DNA of 64,000 nt from Sedimentisphaerales bacterium. GTDB lineage: Bacteria > Planctomycetota > Phycisphaerae > Sedimentisphaerales > SM23-30. Both the position numbers and the translations under genes were made by a program. The notes beneath the pieces are model-generated. The model was given only the letters and a program-made list of their open reading frames with translations. It had not been told where the DNA came from and made no database searches. Below, piece after piece: positions 62,748 through 64,000 of the stretch (position 1 is its first letter; every line of letters starts with the position of its first letter). The DNA lies in NCBI GenBank assembly GCA_963666285.1, contig OY762711.1, one strand, 5' to 3'.

Positions 62748-63065
62748 GGGCCAATAATAATTACTTGAGAAATCCAGGGTATTTTCTACTCTTTTGCTTG
62801 TGAAAAACAACCATAATACGATGAAATAGCCACATACATCTTAACGCCCATTACACATTCGGACTTCAAAGCCTGTCTTCTGATATTGTTTATTCTTGTC
62901 TAAATCTCATTATTTTCATACATTCAAAAATGTAGCAGATTTTGCACTCGACATGCTGAAAATGCACGACATGTTGATTAAGCCTGAATGATATTAGTTA
63001 TTTTGCGACAAGGATTTAAGGCTAAAATACTGGTAAGTAAAAACTTACAAAAACACCTCTGTTGG

Positions 63066-63212
63066 TCATAATCCGGAGGTCATAGGTTCGAATCCTATTT
63101 CCGCTATTCGACGTAAGTAACTAAGGAACAAGAAGTTAACTTGTTCTTTTTTTATACGCAAACCGGCCAGTTCACCCGCCAGGCGTGTCTCAGGCTTGCC
63201 TGGACGTGCCGA
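63066..63212 (+). repeat. Repeat family B, short form (second tRNA-fMet 3' fragment)
   Basis: TCATAATCCGGAGGTCATAGGTTCGAATCCTATTTCCGCTA followed by the same right arm. Confidence 0.9.
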
Positions 63213-63284
63213 TTAAATTGCGTTTTTTGAGAAAAATATCAATATTCCTGTTTGAAGGTCAAATATTTACGTATCTGCTTTTTA

Positions 63285-64000
63285 GGTAGTGTCAAGAATC
63301 TTTCGCACATTTATTAGAGTATCCTTCATCCGGTCTTTTCCCGGTTCTGGATGCCCCCCTAGGGGGGCGGCGAGTTATCGGTCGCTAGCCAGTTTTTTTA
63401 TTCATTTTTTGCTCCTTCTCAAGATCGTATAAATGCTCCATATTCAGATATCTTTTAGTACTCCATTTTGTTCCTGCTATATGTCTTAGCCGGGCAGTGG
63501 CTAACATCAAAGCACTATGACCGTCTGGAAAACTACCAACAACTCGGGTACGTCGCCGAATCTCTTTCATTATACGTTCCAGACCATTATTGGTTCTCAG
63601 TCTGCTCCAATGCTCATCAGGGAAGTTATAATAGCTCATAGTCTCCATGTAACCTTCTTCTACAACTTTGGCAGCTTCTTTCAATTTCATAGAGAGAAGT
63701 TTTTCAATTACCTGCCTGGCTTTTTCCTCTGCTGCTTTCTTGTCTTCCTGAGCATGGATAGCTTTAAGCATAGCCGCTACCTCACGAACCTTCTGACGTG
63801 GAACTTTGCTAAAAACATTACGATACCAATGTACTGTACATCTTTGCCATAGCGAGTCTGGGTAGTATTGCTCAAGAGACTCTACCAGCCCCATGCACTT
63901 ATCTGTAACAAACAACCTTACATCTTTAAGCCCTCTGGATTTCAAATGCCTGAGAAATTGCCCCCATCCTTCCTTGTCTTCTTTGGGACCTTCCCAGCTG
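63285..64000 (-). mobile_element. IS256-family insertion sequence, partial (runs off the window)
   Basis: Transposase below; probable terminal IR GGTAGTGTCAAGAATCTTTCGCACATTT at 63285-63312. Confidence 0.85.
63385..64000 (-). CDS. IS256-family transposase, C-terminal part
   Basis: EGPKEDKEGWGQFLRHLKSRGL, WQRCTVHWYRN, LKAIHAQE, RTNN.LER...EIRRRTRVVG.FPD; frame stays open to the window edge. Confidence 0.93.
   Translation of the reverse strand, partial: SWEGPKEDKEGWGQFLRHLKSRGLKDVRLFVTDKCMGLVESLEQYYPDSLWQRCTVHWYRNVFSKVPRQKVREVAAMLKAIHAQEDKKAAEEKARQVIEKLLSMKLKEAAKVVEEGYMETMSYYNFPDEHWSRLRTNNGLERIMKEIRRRTRVVGSFPDGHSALMLATARLRHIAGTKWSTKRYLNMEHLYDLEKEQKMNKKTG

Larger units (their letters stand above)
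50824..63106. mobile_element. tRNA-fMet-anchored genomic island(s), bounded by tRNA 3' duplications at 57144-57187 and 63066-63106
   Basis: Direct repeats of the tRNA 3' ~43 bp, lower GC than the purN block, defence/TA-type cargo; no integrase ORF seen. Confidence 0.7.

Noticed and set aside
57144..63106. Additional functional tRNA genes
   Set aside because: Only 3' halves are present; no D-arm or 5' acceptor strand.

Overview
Largely accessory region of a planctomycete-like genome, probably Phycisphaerae/Sedimentisphaerales (inferred from an LEPRxLL leader, a Rhodopirellula-type ECF/FecR pair, a TPR Ser/Thr kinase and a planctomycete-type dockerin-like tail). In order: a ~5,750-aa acidic CARDB-repeat surface protein; a modular pectate lyase-like protein; a TPR Ser/Thr kinase, a SorC-like regulator, an MFS transporter, a kinase-associated-type ECF sigma factor and several small membrane/lipoprotein genes; a DUF1565/DUF4353 beta-helix protein; an ECF/FecR pair; a Cj0092/CsgG/COG3014/LpoB-like envelope cluster; a short higher-GC housekeeping block (nitroreductase, cupin, purN, HAD, tRNA-fMet); then a tRNA-anchored island (SWIM + SNF2, AlbA/Schlafen ATP-binding protein, small membrane genes, AbiE type IV TA) ending at an IS256 element. 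Three non-coding signals stand out. (1) A bipartite motif G(A/C)GCA(A/G)GAT-N15-RTA(A/T)(A/C)TA(A/T) sits upstream of five transcription units around the ECF gene, suggesting a local ECF/kinase regulon. (2) A ~200-bp dispersed repeat with complementary ends occurs in four copies. (3) Four att-like repeats are built from a tRNA 3' half, a terminator and a shared ~100-bp arm; they partition an island with no visible integrase. All product calls are by motif recognition only; no database searches were run.
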